NCBI GenBank assembly: GCA_965207735.1
Contig: OZ242296.1
Span: 448,001 to 512,000 of the forward strand
Origin: Candidatus Versatilivorator sp.
GTDB taxonomy: Bacteria; Acidobacteriota; Terriglobia; Versatilivoradales; Versatilivoraceae
Reading direction: 5' to 3'
DNA length: 64,000 nt
Below, one piece after another: positions 16,639-27,047 of the stretch. The stretch's first letter is position 1; each line of letters starts with the position of its first letter. Under the pieces are notes generated by a model. That model was not told where the DNA came from. It searched no databases and saw only the letters and a program-made list of their open reading frames with translations. The position numbers and the translations under genes are program-made.

Positions 16639-17952
16639 GTGAGCGCGATTATGAATAGCCAGATCCAGTCGGGCCCCTGGTACCGGGGAATGACCCGTTA
16701 CCACTGGTGGGTCCTGATTGTCGCCTCCCTGGGGTGGCTCTTCGACACCATGGACCAGCGCATCTTTGTGCTGGCCAGAGGGCCGGCGCTGGAGGAGCTG
16801 TTGCCGGCCGGGACCCCGGCCAGCGAAGTGACCTGGTACGGCGGGGTGGCGACGGCGGTCTTCATGCTGGGGTGGGCCACCGGAGGGTTCATCTTCGGCA
16901 TCGTGGGCGACCGCTGGGGACGCGCCAAGACCATGCTGCTGACCATCCTGATCTATTCCGCCTTCACTGGACTCTCCGCCCTGTCGGTGAGTTGGGTCGA
17001 CTTCACCTTCTACCGGTTCCTCACCGGACTGGGAGTGGGTGGAGAGTTTGCCGCCGGGGTCGCCCTGGTGGCCGAGGTGATGCCCGCCCGCGCCCGTGCC
17101 CATGCACTGGGACTGCTGCAGGCTCTCTCCGCGGTAGGGAACATCCTGGGGTCCGCCATCAGCTTCGTGGTCCTGCCGCTGGGATGGCGTTACCTGTTCG
17201 TGGTCGGGGTCTTCCCCTCGCTGCTGGTGGCGGCCGTCCGGCGGAGGCTGAAGGAGCCGGAGGTCTGGCGGAAGGTACGGGAAGCCGGGGGAGATGAGCT
17301 TCGCAGTCAGCTCGGTTCGGTGGGAGAACTGTTTCGAGTCCCGCGCTGGCGGCGCCACACGCTGGTCGGGCTGACCCTGGCGATCTCGGGCGTGATCGGG
17401 CTCTGGGGGATCGGATTCTGGTCTCCCGAGCTGATCCGGGAAGCCCTGGCCGATGTTTCGGCCGAAACCAGGAGCTGGTATGTGAGCATGGGGACCCTGC
17501 TCCAGGATGTCGGAGCCTTTGGCGGCATTTTTGCCTTCACGCTTCTGACCGCCCGGGTGGGACGAAGGCCCGCCTTCGTGGTTGCCTTTCTGCTTGGCCT
17601 GGCGGCCACCGTCTGGACCTTTGGCTGGCTGGAGAGCCCTGCCCAGGTGCTCTGGATGGTTCCCCTGCTGGGTTTCTGCAACCTGATGGTATTCGGCGGC
17701 TACTCCATATATTTCCCCGAGCTCTACCCAACCCACTTGCGCAGCACCGGGGTAGGCTTCTGTTACAACGTAGGCCGTATCGTGGCGGCCGTGGGCCCAT
17801 TGACCCTGGGAACGCTGACGGTCGTTTTTGAAGGGGCGGGCTTTGCCAGCCCCTTTCGTTCGGCAGCCATTTCTCTGGCGGGGATCTACCTGGTGGGGGT
17901 CTGCGTCCTTCCCGTCGCTCCGGAAACCCGGGGCAGGCCGCTACCGGAATGA
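16639..17952 (+). CDS. MFS transporter
   Basis: GIVGDRWGR, GLGVGGEFAAG and PELYPTHLRSTG. Confidence 0.9.
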   Translation: MSAIMNSQIQSGPWYRGMTRYHWWVLIVASLGWLFDTMDQRIFVLARGPALEELLPAGTPASEVTWYGGVATAVFMLGWATGGFIFGIVGDRWGRAKTMLLTILIYSAFTGLSALSVSWVDFTFYRFLTGLGVGGEFAAGVALVAEVMPARARAHALGLLQALSAVGNILGSAISFVVLPLGWRYLFVVGVFPSLLVAAVRRRLKEPEVWRKVREAGGDELRSQLGSVGELFRVPRWRRHTLVGLTLAISGVIGLWGIGFWSPELIREALADVSAETRSWYVSMGTLLQDVGAFGGIFAFTLLTARVGRRPAFVVAFLLGLAATVWTFGWLESPAQVLWMVPLLGFCNLMVFGGYSIYFPELYPTHLRSTGVGFCYNVGRIVAAVGPLTLGTLTVVFEGAGFASPFRSAAISLAGIYLVGVCVLPVAPETRGRPLPE

Positions 17953-18144
17953 TGGCCCTCCCTACTTTTAGCGGATCCATCAAGCGTGAAACAACGAATC
18001 TTCATGTCCTGCCTGGAACAAGGACCATGTCGCGCTAAACCGGTTTTCTACTTATTGAACATGGATGCACAGGATAGACAGGATAAACAGCACCAGAGGC
18101 TGCGCTACAGGCAGCAGATCCGCTCGATGTCATGGGATGAAGCC

Positions 18145-18183
18145 CACCCGGGAGCGCGGGCGGGACGCCCGCGCTCCCGGGTG
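18145..18183. repeat. REP-like perfect palindrome (18-bp stem)
   Basis: CACCCGGGAGCGCGGGCG-GGA-CGCCCGCGCTCCCGGGTG. The same arm sequence recurs at 44851. Confidence 0.8.
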
Positions 18184-18314
18184 ACGCCCCTCCCATCGCT
18201 CTTGCTCCTCAAGGGGGCACGCGCCGGCTTGCCGGGCCTCAGTCCTTGCCGATGCGACAGAGCCGTCACGCTTGGTGGCGCTTCGCGGTCTTTCGTGGAC
18301 AACTCTTTTTCCTT

Positions 18315-18511
18315 TTGTTTCAGGCTAGTCCCGCCCCCGCCCTAGTGTGCGGATCATGCATAGAGTGAAACAATCAGAAATCGACCATCCTTTCCCGAAC
18401 TTGGTACCCCGTCGCGGTCAACCTCAGCGCCTTAGTGCCCCTTCGTCGTTCTTCGTGCCCCTTCGTGGATAAGTCTTTTTCTTTTGTCTCTTGTCGTTTG
18501 TTTCAGACAAG
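18315..18511. repeat. Dispersed intergenic element bounded by TTGTTTCAGRCWAG direct repeats (copy A)
   Basis: Near-identical to 60951-61128. Confidence 0.8.
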
Positions 18512-18529
18512 ACAAGGAAACAACGTTGC

Positions 18530-20188
18530 CTACAAGACCCCCGTCAGTTGCAAGGTGGTAATCACCGCCAGCAGGGTGAAGAAGAGACCCGCGGCCGCCA
18601 GTCCGATGCGCATGAACCAGCCCGGCCGCAGGGCCGGGGGCAGCAGGGTGAGATTGACGAACAGGGTGTGGAAACAACTGAAGCCCAGGGCGTAGTTGAA
18701 CAGGTTGGCGGCGAATTTCAGCAATTCCAGGGGAGGGGCCAGCGAAAGCATGATCACGCCGAAAATGCCGTAACCCACCACCACCGCAAAGTAGACCCAA
18801 CGGATGTTGGAGGGATCCAGCTTTTGCAGGCGAGCACTGGCTGTCCAGAAGACGTCCACCCAGCGCCGGATGACTCCGTCCGAATGGGTCGACATGGTGG
18901 GGCCCAGGACCAGGAAGCCGCAGAGCATGGTGAGATACCAGAAGAGCTGGCCGGCGTCGCCGCCCCAGGCGGCAGCCACGTGAGTCCTCACGCCGTCGGA
19001 AGTCATGCCGGCCGCAACCCAGCTGCTGGCTTCGGTGCCTCGCGGAAGGAACTGCACCGAAAGCATGCTGGGCAGGGCCACCCCCAGAAAACAGGCGGGC
19101 ATCCAGACCACCACCTGGTCCCGCACCAGGTGTCGATACCATTCCTTCCAGCGCCGCAGCGATTCGGAGGTCACCTGGAAAACCGTCCCTGAGTGGGACA
19201 GCTTCAGCTCTCGCCCCCCGATCACGCTCGGGATGGCTCCCACGTGGCGGCCCATGCCCCAACCCTGCTCGCGGGTGTAGTTGCTGACGGCGGCGTTGGA
19301 AAGGCCTCCGCTGCCGGCGATGGCTGCAAAGGCAGCCAGCAGGGCTATGGTGCTCAGATCGATTTCCGGCAGTCCCTTGCCTTGGGCCAGGGAGGTGAAG
19401 ATATTGGCGGTTTCGTTCCCGCCGCTTGGCATGGTGCCGAACCGGAGAAAGCCCCCGAAGATTTCGAACCAGGTGGAGGGGCTGGAATGAAAGATTCCCA
19501 GGATCATCAGGAAGCCCAACACGGTGAACATCTTGAAGGTCATGATGGCTTTGAGGGCGTTGTAGATTTTCCCTCCCGCCACCAGCGGCACCAGCGCCAG
19601 AAGGAATATGGCGTAGCCGAGGAACCTCAGCAACAGGCGGTGGTTTTCATTCTGCTCGGGGTCGGGCAGCACTCCTCCCAGCAGCACCGAGGCCAGCGGC
19701 GTGGCCGCGTTGGCGGCCAGGTAGGGGAAGACGGCCCCGAAGTCGAGAACCAGGTAGAGAAAAATCCAGAAGGCGGGCCCCGGCGCCGTTCGAAACTTGC
19801 CCGTGAAGATCGGCTCGCCAGTGTAGAGGGTGTATCGGGACACCTCCATGTTGTAGATCACCTGGCCCACAATACTCAGCGTGGCCAGCCACATCAGGGC
19901 TCCGCCATACTTGGCGGTGACCGCCGGACCCATCAGCCATTCCCCGCCGCCGATCGAAGAGCCTCCCAGCAGCAGCCCCGGCCCCAACAGGGCAAACCAG
20001 TGACGCCAGGTGAAGATGGGAGCTTTCACCAGCTCACCCGTGTTCCAGGGTGGCATCTTGCTGGAACCCGGGCGCGGAGCCTGGAACTCGCCGGGGCTTT
20101 CGGTCGTGTCCGATGCCGAGCCCGCATCGGCAGCAGACACCTGGGGATCGGTGGGAGGGTTCTCCGGCTGGGAACGGTCTGATGACAT
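18530..20188 (-). CDS. Nramp-like/APC-superfamily membrane transporter
   Basis: LLGPGLLLGGSSIGGGEWLMGP and EVSRYTLYTGE; many transmembrane segments. Confidence 0.75.
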   Translation of the reverse strand: MSSDRSQPENPPTDPQVSAADAGSASDTTESPGEFQAPRPGSSKMPPWNTGELVKAPIFTWRHWFALLGPGLLLGGSSIGGGEWLMGPAVTAKYGGALMWLATLSIVGQVIYNMEVSRYTLYTGEPIFTGKFRTAPGPAFWIFLYLVLDFGAVFPYLAANAATPLASVLLGGVLPDPEQNENHRLLLRFLGYAIFLLALVPLVAGGKIYNALKAIMTFKMFTVLGFLMILGIFHSSPSTWFEIFGGFLRFGTMPSGGNETANIFTSLAQGKGLPEIDLSTIALLAAFAAIAGSGGLSNAAVSNYTREQGWGMGRHVGAIPSVIGGRELKLSHSGTVFQVTSESLRRWKEWYRHLVRDQVVVWMPACFLGVALPSMLSVQFLPRGTEASSWVAAGMTSDGVRTHVAAAWGGDAGQLFWYLTMLCGFLVLGPTMSTHSDGVIRRWVDVFWTASARLQKLDPSNIRWVYFAVVVGYGIFGVIMLSLAPPLELLKFAANLFNYALGFSCFHTLFVNLTLLPPALRPGWFMRIGLAAAGLFFTLLAVITTLQLTGVL

Positions 20189-20439
20189 GGTGAATCCTTG
20201 TGTCCTTGATCTTGAGTTGACCCCTGGGATCGGGCGGGCTTGGTGAGTCAATCACTTTTTGACCAAATTTGCAACATTCCCAGCCTTGGCCTCGGAGGCG
20301 GACACGGAAGACGGGAAGAATTGGCCCTGAGCGGCAACCCGGCCCCGGCCGGGAGAGTGGCCGGTGGTATAATCCGCCCCGATTGGTCCTGGCCCAAGAC
20401 CCAGTCCAACCCAGGGGTCGGATCGGAAAGGAAAGTCCC

Positions 20440-22080
20440 TTGAAGGGTGGAGACATCTTGATCGAGTGCCTCAAGGCACAAAGCGTCCGTGCCATCTTCG
20501 GCATGCCGGGGACCCAGAACCTGGAGATCTACGACTCTCTGTTGCGCTGCGGGGAGGGATCCATCGACCACTACCTGGTCCGGCACGAATATGCCGCCAC
20601 CCAGATGGCGGACGGGTTTGCCCGGTCCACCGGGGAGGTGGGTGTGGCCCTGACGGTGCCGGGGCCCGGAGCCAGCAATGCCTCAACCGGGATCCTGGAG
20701 GCCTATACCGATTGCGTGCCGGTGTTGCTGATCACGGGGCAAAGCGATTCCAGGTTCTACGCCAAGCATCCGGCAAAGATGTTCCACGGCTTGGACCAGA
20801 TGAAGTTTTTCGAGCCGATCACCAAGTATCGAGCCATTGCCCACACCGTCGGGCAGATCCCCCAGGTCGTGGAAGGCGCCTTCAGGGCCATGCGGAGCGG
20901 GCGGCCCGGCCCGGCGGTGCTGGAATTTCCCATGGACGTGGTGAGGGCCGACGGAGACCCCGACATTCCCGAGTATGTCCGAGGATCGTGCAGCCCGGCC
21001 CCGTCCGCCGGTGACCTGCGTGCGGCTGCCCGCAAGATCGACCGGGCCAGCCGGCCGATCTGCATGGTGGGATCCGCCGTCATCCATTCGGGCGCCCAAG
21101 CCGAGTTGCGCCGGTTGGTCGAGAAGATTCAGGCCCCGGTGGTGGTGACCCGCTGCGCCAAGGGAGCGTTGGATGAAAACCATCCCCTGGCCCTGCGAGG
21201 ATCCAACGGCTACCTGGCGCGGGAGGCTCTGAAGCTGGCCGACGCCACCCTGGCCATCGGCTGTCGCTTTACCTCGATCGATACCAACAACTGGAGACTG
21301 AAGCTGCCCCAGCCGCTCATTCAACTGGATGAGGACGAGCGCGAGATCGGCAGCGAGTATCCCTGCGAGCTGGGCGTGGTCGGAGATCTCAAAGCCACGC
21401 TGCAGGGACTGGTGGAAGAAGTAGAGCAGCGCCCGCGGCGCTGGAAGCAGGCGCTGGAGACCCCCCGCGCCCGGTTCGCCGCCCAGAGGGCACTGCCGCT
21501 GATGAGCGATATCCGGCATGTGCTTCCGGACGACGGCATCTTGTCGGTGGACGTGCACTCCATCGGGTATTCGGCTTTTGACGAATACCCGGTCGATCGC
21601 CCCCGGAGGTTCCTCTATCCCTGCATCGGTGTGGCTCTTGGTTATGGGTTTCCAGCCGCCATCGGCGCCAAGATAGCCTGTCCGGACAAGCCGGTTGTCT
21701 GCTTCAGTGGGGACGGCGGCTTCCTGATGGGCATGGCGGAATTGGCGACGGCCGTCAAGTATGACGTTCCTCTGGTGGCCGTGGTCGTCAACGACCAGGC
21801 TCTGACGGCCATCAAGGGATCCCAACAGAAGCAACACCAGGGGCGAGTCATCGGCACCGATCTGAGCAACCCCAATTTCGCCCAGATGGCCCGTTCCTTT
21901 GGCGCCGCGGGGAAGCGGGTCCGGAACCTCCGCCACTTCCAGGGCGTCCTAGAGGAGGCCTTGGCGGCTCGGCGACCCACGGTCATCGAAGTGCCTATGA
22001 GAGACGATGACGGCCAGTTGACAGAGGCCATTACCTGGCTTCGGTCCCGTCCCTTGCGCCGGTCTGGAAGAAGGGTTTGA
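20440..22080 (+). CDS. Thiamine pyrophosphate-binding enzyme (acetolactate synthase-like)
   Basis: FGMPG, VRHE..A..MADG.AR, PGPG and GDGGF...VVND. TTG start after an AAGGAAAG RBS. Confidence 0.85.
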   Translation: MKGGDILIECLKAQSVRAIFGMPGTQNLEIYDSLLRCGEGSIDHYLVRHEYAATQMADGFARSTGEVGVALTVPGPGASNASTGILEAYTDCVPVLLITGQSDSRFYAKHPAKMFHGLDQMKFFEPITKYRAIAHTVGQIPQVVEGAFRAMRSGRPGPAVLEFPMDVVRADGDPDIPEYVRGSCSPAPSAGDLRAAARKIDRASRPICMVGSAVIHSGAQAELRRLVEKIQAPVVVTRCAKGALDENHPLALRGSNGYLAREALKLADATLAIGCRFTSIDTNNWRLKLPQPLIQLDEDEREIGSEYPCELGVVGDLKATLQGLVEEVEQRPRRWKQALETPRARFAAQRALPLMSDIRHVLPDDGILSVDVHSIGYSAFDEYPVDRPRRFLYPCIGVALGYGFPAAIGAKIACPDKPVVCFSGDGGFLMGMAELATAVKYDVPLVAVVVNDQALTAIKGSQQKQHQGRVIGTDLSNPNFAQMARSFGAAGKRVRNLRHFQGVLEEALAARRPTVIEVPMRDDDGQLTEAITWLRSRPLRRSGRRV

Positions 22081-22160
22081 GCTTGGGGTAGGTTGTCTGC
22101 AGTGCTTCGGGCAGGACTCGGGTTTCTCCGGAGACGGTCATGAAGTTAGCATCCGAAGAA

Positions 22161-22442
22161 CTAGGAACCGAGGTTGATAAGATCTTTCAACTCTTTGCTG
22201 GGCTTGAAGTAGGGCACTTTCTTTTCAGGAACGTCAACCTTTTCACCCGTCTTGGGATTTCTTCCCTGACGGGCTTTCCGCTTCCGGATACGAAAGCTTC
22301 CAAAACCCCGCACTTCCAGTTTGTCGCTGTTCTTGAGCGCTTTCACAACGCTGTCGAACAGCGCCTCCACGATCACCTCCGAGTCCTTGCGGCTGAGTTC
22401 GGTCGCCCGCGAAACTTCGTCCACCAAGTCTGCTTTGGTCAT
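22161..22442 (-). CDS. ihfB: Integration host factor subunit beta / HU family
   Basis: MTKADLVDEV...LEVRGFGSF...GRNPKTGE..VPYFKPSKELK. Confidence 0.85.
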   Translation of the reverse strand: MTKADLVDEVSRATELSRKDSEVIVEALFDSVVKALKNSDKLEVRGFGSFRIRKRKARQGRNPKTGEKVDVPEKKVPYFKPSKELKDLINLGS

Positions 22443-22773
22443 GGCTGCTCCTTGCAACGGTTGCGGCAGTGCCTCCTGGATGGAATTGCTACCGTGCACC
22501 GATCGGCGGGATTGTCGGGAAACGTTCCAACTCTCCACATCGGATCGAAGACTGCTGGATCATTCCTTCCGACGCTCGCATCCGGCCCGGCCAATGGCGA
22601 GGCGAACACCCTTGGGCTGACCTGTCGGTTTTCCGGCGGGGCCGTTCCCGGTCCACCGGTCCAGCAGATATAGATCCATAGAAAATAAGGGATTAGCCTA
22701 CAAAAAGCAACAGGGATTCAAGTCAGGCAATCCATCCTGTTGATCCGTGCAAGACAATCATCGGAGGGCTGAC

Positions 22774-23499
22774 ATGGATAGTAATCGAGCACTTCCCGAG
22801 TCCGACGCGCACGGGCCCGGCCTTGGGGTGCCGGCGGGACTGTTTGCGGCGCTGGTTGTCGCCGTCCTTGCGCTTCTCGGCATTGGGGCGCGCTACTACG
22901 CTCACGGGGACCTGAGCCTCATCCATTCCGTGTTGAGCCTGTTCTTCTCCATCAATCTGCTGGTCTGCTATTGGGAGGTCTGTCTGTATTTCCGGCGGGA
23001 CTATATCGAGAGGCGCACCGGCTATTGGCGCCGGCGGCAGCGCGAAACCGGCCTGGCGCCGGCCGGCGAATTCCTCGCCTCGAGGGTCCCGTTGACGCGA
23101 ATTTTGTCGCCGACGGTCTGGGCCGATGCCTGGGCGACCTATGCCCAGTATGACGGCTCCTATGCGGACCGCGGTTCGTTCGGCTTCAACGTGGATATCG
23201 GCAACGGCTTTGCCACACCGGTGCCGACACTGATCCTGTACGCCGCCTATACGTTCGATTTCATTCCAGCCCTCTATGCGGGCATTCTCGGGGCCATGGT
23301 GTTCTGGCAATGGATCTATGCGACCTCGCTCTACTGCGTCAGCTTCTTCGTGGCCAAACGGCAAACCCGAATCAGCCGACTTGAGACATTCACCTTCGTC
23401 ATTGTGATCAATTCCTTCTGGGTGCTGTGCGCACTGCTTGGCTTGTACGTCTCCGTTCGCCTGATGATGGACGGCAACTACAGCGTTCTGGGTTATTGA
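22774..23499 (+). CDS. Membrane protein resembling the EXPERA/EBP family
   Basis: WATYAQYDGSY, WQWIYATSLY and INSFWVL resemble EBP WKEYAKGDSRY, QIYGDVLY and MNALWLV. Confidence 0.5.
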   Translation: MDSNRALPESDAHGPGLGVPAGLFAALVVAVLALLGIGARYYAHGDLSLIHSVLSLFFSINLLVCYWEVCLYFRRDYIERRTGYWRRRQRETGLAPAGEFLASRVPLTRILSPTVWADAWATYAQYDGSYADRGSFGFNVDIGNGFATPVPTLILYAAYTFDFIPALYAGILGAMVFWQWIYATSLYCVSFFVAKRQTRISRLETFTFVIVINSFWVLCALLGLYVSVRLMMDGNYSVLGY

Positions 23500-23730
23500 G
23501 CGGGGGTCTGAGGAGCAACAGTAGGGTGCCGACATTGGAAGTGATGGGACCGCCATCGAAAGCGGGGGCCACACCCGCCGGCCAGCGCGTACAGATTCGC
23601 CGGCGGTTTGGCGGCATTCTGCGCGGGCATCGGTCCGTTTCTGCTAAGATCGGGCTAACTGATTTCATAGGAGGTTGTTACAAGATTTCGAAAACCGATG
23701 CATTCTACGGTACTCGGATAAACTGTGCGC

Positions 23731-25353
23731 ATGGCTAAACCTCATTGTCTTCCCATTGTGATTCTCCTGGCCTTCCTCCTCGTCTCTCCGGCCGTGGCCT
23801 CCGAGGATACCTGCGCGGACCTCTCTATCTCGGCTGGCGCCGTTCGGACGCCGCTGGACGCCAAGACACTGACGCAGTGCGCCTATGAGTTTGTGCAGGA
23901 GGTGGGGGTCGAGGAAGCCCACAGGGCCTTCAACGAGGAGGAGCGCTGGAAGAGCGGGTCGACCTATGTCTTCGTCTCCGAAGTCACGCCGGTCAGCGAT
24001 CTGGCACGGATATTTGTCTTTCCACCCGATCCGTCCCTGGAAGGCCTCCCGTTTCCATGGCAGATTGACTCCTTCGGCAACGATTTCTTCAAGGAACTGC
24101 ATCGCCTCCTGACCAGTTTCGATGAAGGCTGGAACTACTACTCCTTCATCAACCCGGCCACCGGAGAGGTCGAGCCGAAAGTCAGCTACGTCAAGAGCAT
24201 CGACTGGCTGGGCACCCCGGCCGCGATCGGGGTGGGGGTCTACCGGCGCGACCTGCCCGGCACCTGCAGGAGCGAGGAAGTCAATGCCGCCGTGCTCGAC
24301 TCGGATCCTTCCGAGGCGCGGCTGCAGGAGTTTGTCCGCTGTGCCGCCATGGAGCTGGATTCGAGGGGGTATTTCGCCTCGGTCAGTCTGGCCAACGACC
24401 CCCGTTGGCGTAGCGGCTCCATCTACTTGTTCGGCCTGGACACCTACGGCTATACCTTCTTCAGCGGCACTCCGGCGGATTCCTGGGTCGGGTCGGAGCT
24501 GTCGTCCAGCGATATTGGCGGCTTCGAGGGCCGGAATGTTCTCGGGGTTGCCGCTGCCTTCGGCGAGACCTTTCTCTACTACTCCAACCGGAATCCGTCC
24601 AACGGCCAGTGGCAGCGCAAGGTGACCTTTGTCAAGAGGGTCACCTCCTTCGGGGTTCCGGTGCTGATCGGGGCAGGCTATTACCTGGATGAGGGTGTTG
24701 CACCGGTTCCGGGCGCGCCGGCAGAGGAACTGGCGTTCACCGTAGACTTCCATCGAGGGCCACAGGGATTCATCGCCGGCTTCGCGGACTATCCGCCCAC
24801 CGACGCGGAAATCTACGAGTTGACTTCAGACTTCCGCAGACTGCCGCCTCCGCTGGAGTCTCAGCCCGCCCTGTTCATCTCCGGAGTCAACCGGAGCGAC
24901 GACCTCTTCATGTTCTTCAAAGGACCCATTAGCGGCCTGTTGCCAGGCGCGAACTACAAGGTAACGGTTGGCGTGGAGATCGCCACCGACACGCCGGCAG
25001 GGTGCTTCGGTGTCGGCGGTGCGCCGGGTGAGAGCGTCTGGATCAAGGCCGGCGTGACCGCCGTGGAACCGCTCGCTGTCCCCGACGACTCCTACCTGCG
25101 CATGAACATCGACATCGGAAATCAGTCCAACGGCGGCTCGCAAGCCGTGGTGCTCGGTGACATTGCCAACTCCCGAAGCTGCGAGCAGCCGCGCCGGTGG
25201 GAGCGCAAGTCCTTCCAGGACCAACAGACACCAACACCGATATCGATAGCTCCCGATGGTCGGGCTTGGCTGCTGTTCGGCGCCGACTCGGGATTCGAGT
25301 CCCGGACCTCGATCTACTTCACCCGAGCATCGGTTACCTTCACGCCGATTTGA
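23731..25353 (+). CDS. Exported protein with two Cache-like domains and a C-terminal beta-rich domain
   Basis: Signal peptide. Two units of the form W.SGS.Y.F...YY.F.NP..G....K.SYVK......A.IG.G.Y. Confidence 0.7.
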   Translation: MAKPHCLPIVILLAFLLVSPAVASEDTCADLSISAGAVRTPLDAKTLTQCAYEFVQEVGVEEAHRAFNEEERWKSGSTYVFVSEVTPVSDLARIFVFPPDPSLEGLPFPWQIDSFGNDFFKELHRLLTSFDEGWNYYSFINPATGEVEPKVSYVKSIDWLGTPAAIGVGVYRRDLPGTCRSEEVNAAVLDSDPSEARLQEFVRCAAMELDSRGYFASVSLANDPRWRSGSIYLFGLDTYGYTFFSGTPADSWVGSELSSSDIGGFEGRNVLGVAAAFGETFLYYSNRNPSNGQWQRKVTFVKRVTSFGVPVLIGAGYYLDEGVAPVPGAPAEELAFTVDFHRGPQGFIAGFADYPPTDAEIYELTSDFRRLPPPLESQPALFISGVNRSDDLFMFFKGPISGLLPGANYKVTVGVEIATDTPAGCFGVGGAPGESVWIKAGVTAVEPLAVPDDSYLRMNIDIGNQSNGGSQAVVLGDIANSRSCEQPRRWERKSFQDQQTPTPISIAPDGRAWLLFGADSGFESRTSIYFTRASVTFTPI

Positions 25354-25524
25354 GGACCTGGCGGCGCGAGATCGAGCAATGACCACCTGTTCCCATTCAC
25401 TGGGAGTGAGCTCTACCGATCGAGTGGTGCCGGGCGCACCTGTCCAGATTTTGTTTGTCAAGCGCTCGCCCGGACCTTATAATCTGCGCTGGTTCAGACG
25501 GGTTTGCTCAGATCGGTTCACGCC

Positions 25525-25737
25525 ATGAAACCGAAAATTCATCCGAAATACGTTGAGGTTACGGTTTCCTGCGCCTGTGGGGAAACCTTCAAGACGCGTT
25601 CCACCAAGGGCGATATCCGCCTGGAGATCTGCTCCAAGTGTCATCCCTTCTTCACCGGCAAGCAGAAACTGGTGGATACGGCCGGGCGCGTGGAACGATT
25701 TCAGAGAAAGTACGGCCTGCGCGCCGGTCTGGACTAG
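25525..25737 (+). CDS. rpmE: 50S ribosomal protein L31 (Zn-binding type)
   Basis: MKPKIHPKY...CACG...[24 protein letters not shown]. Confidence 0.95.
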   Translation: MKPKIHPKYVEVTVSCACGETFKTRSTKGDIRLEICSKCHPFFTGKQKLVDTAGRVERFQRKYGLRAGLD

Positions 25738-25903
25738 GCGGCGCTGTCCGCCACCAGCCCTCACTTCAGCAATGTCGATCTTCCGGCCTGATTAGCGGGA
25801 CCCCTTCCCGCATTCTTCACAGTTCTGAGGTTCCTGGCTTTAGAGGCCGTAATTTATCAAGCGCTCTTGCCGTCGGCGGTCCAGGCCGTCCCCGAGGTGC
25901 GTC

Positions 25904-26989
25904 ATGCTAGACAAACTCGCACAACTGGAAGCGACCTACGAGGAGATCACTCGTCTTCTTGGAGATCCGGAGGTTCTGGCGGATCAGGCCAAGTATCAGA
26001 AGCATGCCAAGGCTCACCGGGACTTGGCCCCGGTGGTGGAGAAGTTTCAGGAGTACAAGCGGCTCCAGCAGAGTCTGGCCGATGTCAGGCAGGTGGGCCA
26101 GGACGCCCAATCCGAGCCTGAGCTCCGGGAACTGGCCCAGGAGGAGGCTTCCGAGCTGGGGCGCGCCATGGAGGAATGTGAACGGCAACTGAAGGTCCTC
26201 TTGCTGCCCAAGGATCCCGACGACGAAAAGAACGTGTTGTTGGAGATTCGGGCCGGAACCGGGGGCGACGAGGCTACCCTCTTTGCTCAGGAAGTCTTTC
26301 GAATGTACTCTCGCTATGCGGAATCACAGGGATGGCGGGTGGAAATGATGTCCTCCAGTCCATCCGGAGCCGGTGGGCTCAAGGAAGTGATTGCCATCAT
26401 TGAGGGCAGGAATGTCTACCGCAGCCTGAAATTCGAAAGCGGGGTTCACCGGGTCCAACGGGTGCCGGCCACTGAGGCCAGTGGGCGGGTTCACACCTCG
26501 GCCGTCACGGTGGCCATTTTGCCGGAGGCCGACCATGTGGATGTGGGCATTGAGGAAAAGGACCTGCGCATCGACCGGTTTTGCTCTTCGGGACCCGGCG
26601 GGCAGTCGGTCAACACCACCTACTCGGCCGTTCGCATCACCCACCTTCCCACCGGACTGGTGGTGACCTGCCAGGACGAGAAATCCCAGATCAAGAACAG
26701 GGCCAAGGCCATGCGTGTACTCAGCGCCCGCCTCTACGAAATCGCCATGGAAGAGCAGCGTCAGGCCATTGCCCAGGACCGCAGAAGCCAAGTGGGAAGC
26801 GGGGATCGAAGTGAGAAGGTCCGAACCTACAACTTTCCCCAGAACCGATTGACCGATCATCGCATCGGTCTGACCCTTCATCGGCTCGAAGGCATCATGG
26901 ATGGCAATCTGACCCCGGTGATCGATGCCCTGGTGAGCCACTTCCAGGCTGAAGACCTGAAGAGGGAAGTGGAGTCGGTTCGCCAATGA
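25904..26989 (+). CDS. prfA: Peptide chain release factor 1
   Basis: GGQ motif and PAT tripeptide (VPATE); followed by prmC. Confidence 0.95.
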   Translation: MLDKLAQLEATYEEITRLLGDPEVLADQAKYQKHAKAHRDLAPVVEKFQEYKRLQQSLADVRQVGQDAQSEPELRELAQEEASELGRAMEECERQLKVLLLPKDPDDEKNVLLEIRAGTGGDEATLFAQEVFRMYSRYAESQGWRVEMMSSSPSGAGGLKEVIAIIEGRNVYRSLKFESGVHRVQRVPATEASGRVHTSAVTVAILPEADHVDVGIEEKDLRIDRFCSSGPGGQSVNTTYSAVRITHLPTGLVVTCQDEKSQIKNRAKAMRVLSARLYEIAMEEQRQAIAQDRRSQVGSGDRSEKVRTYNFPQNRLTDHRIGLTLHRLEGIMDGNLTPVIDALVSHFQAEDLKREVESVRQ

Positions 26990-27047
26990 TAGCCTGAGCC
27001 CGGCCCATCTGCCCAAATGACCGGCCGCTCCCTCCCGTCCATGCGTC

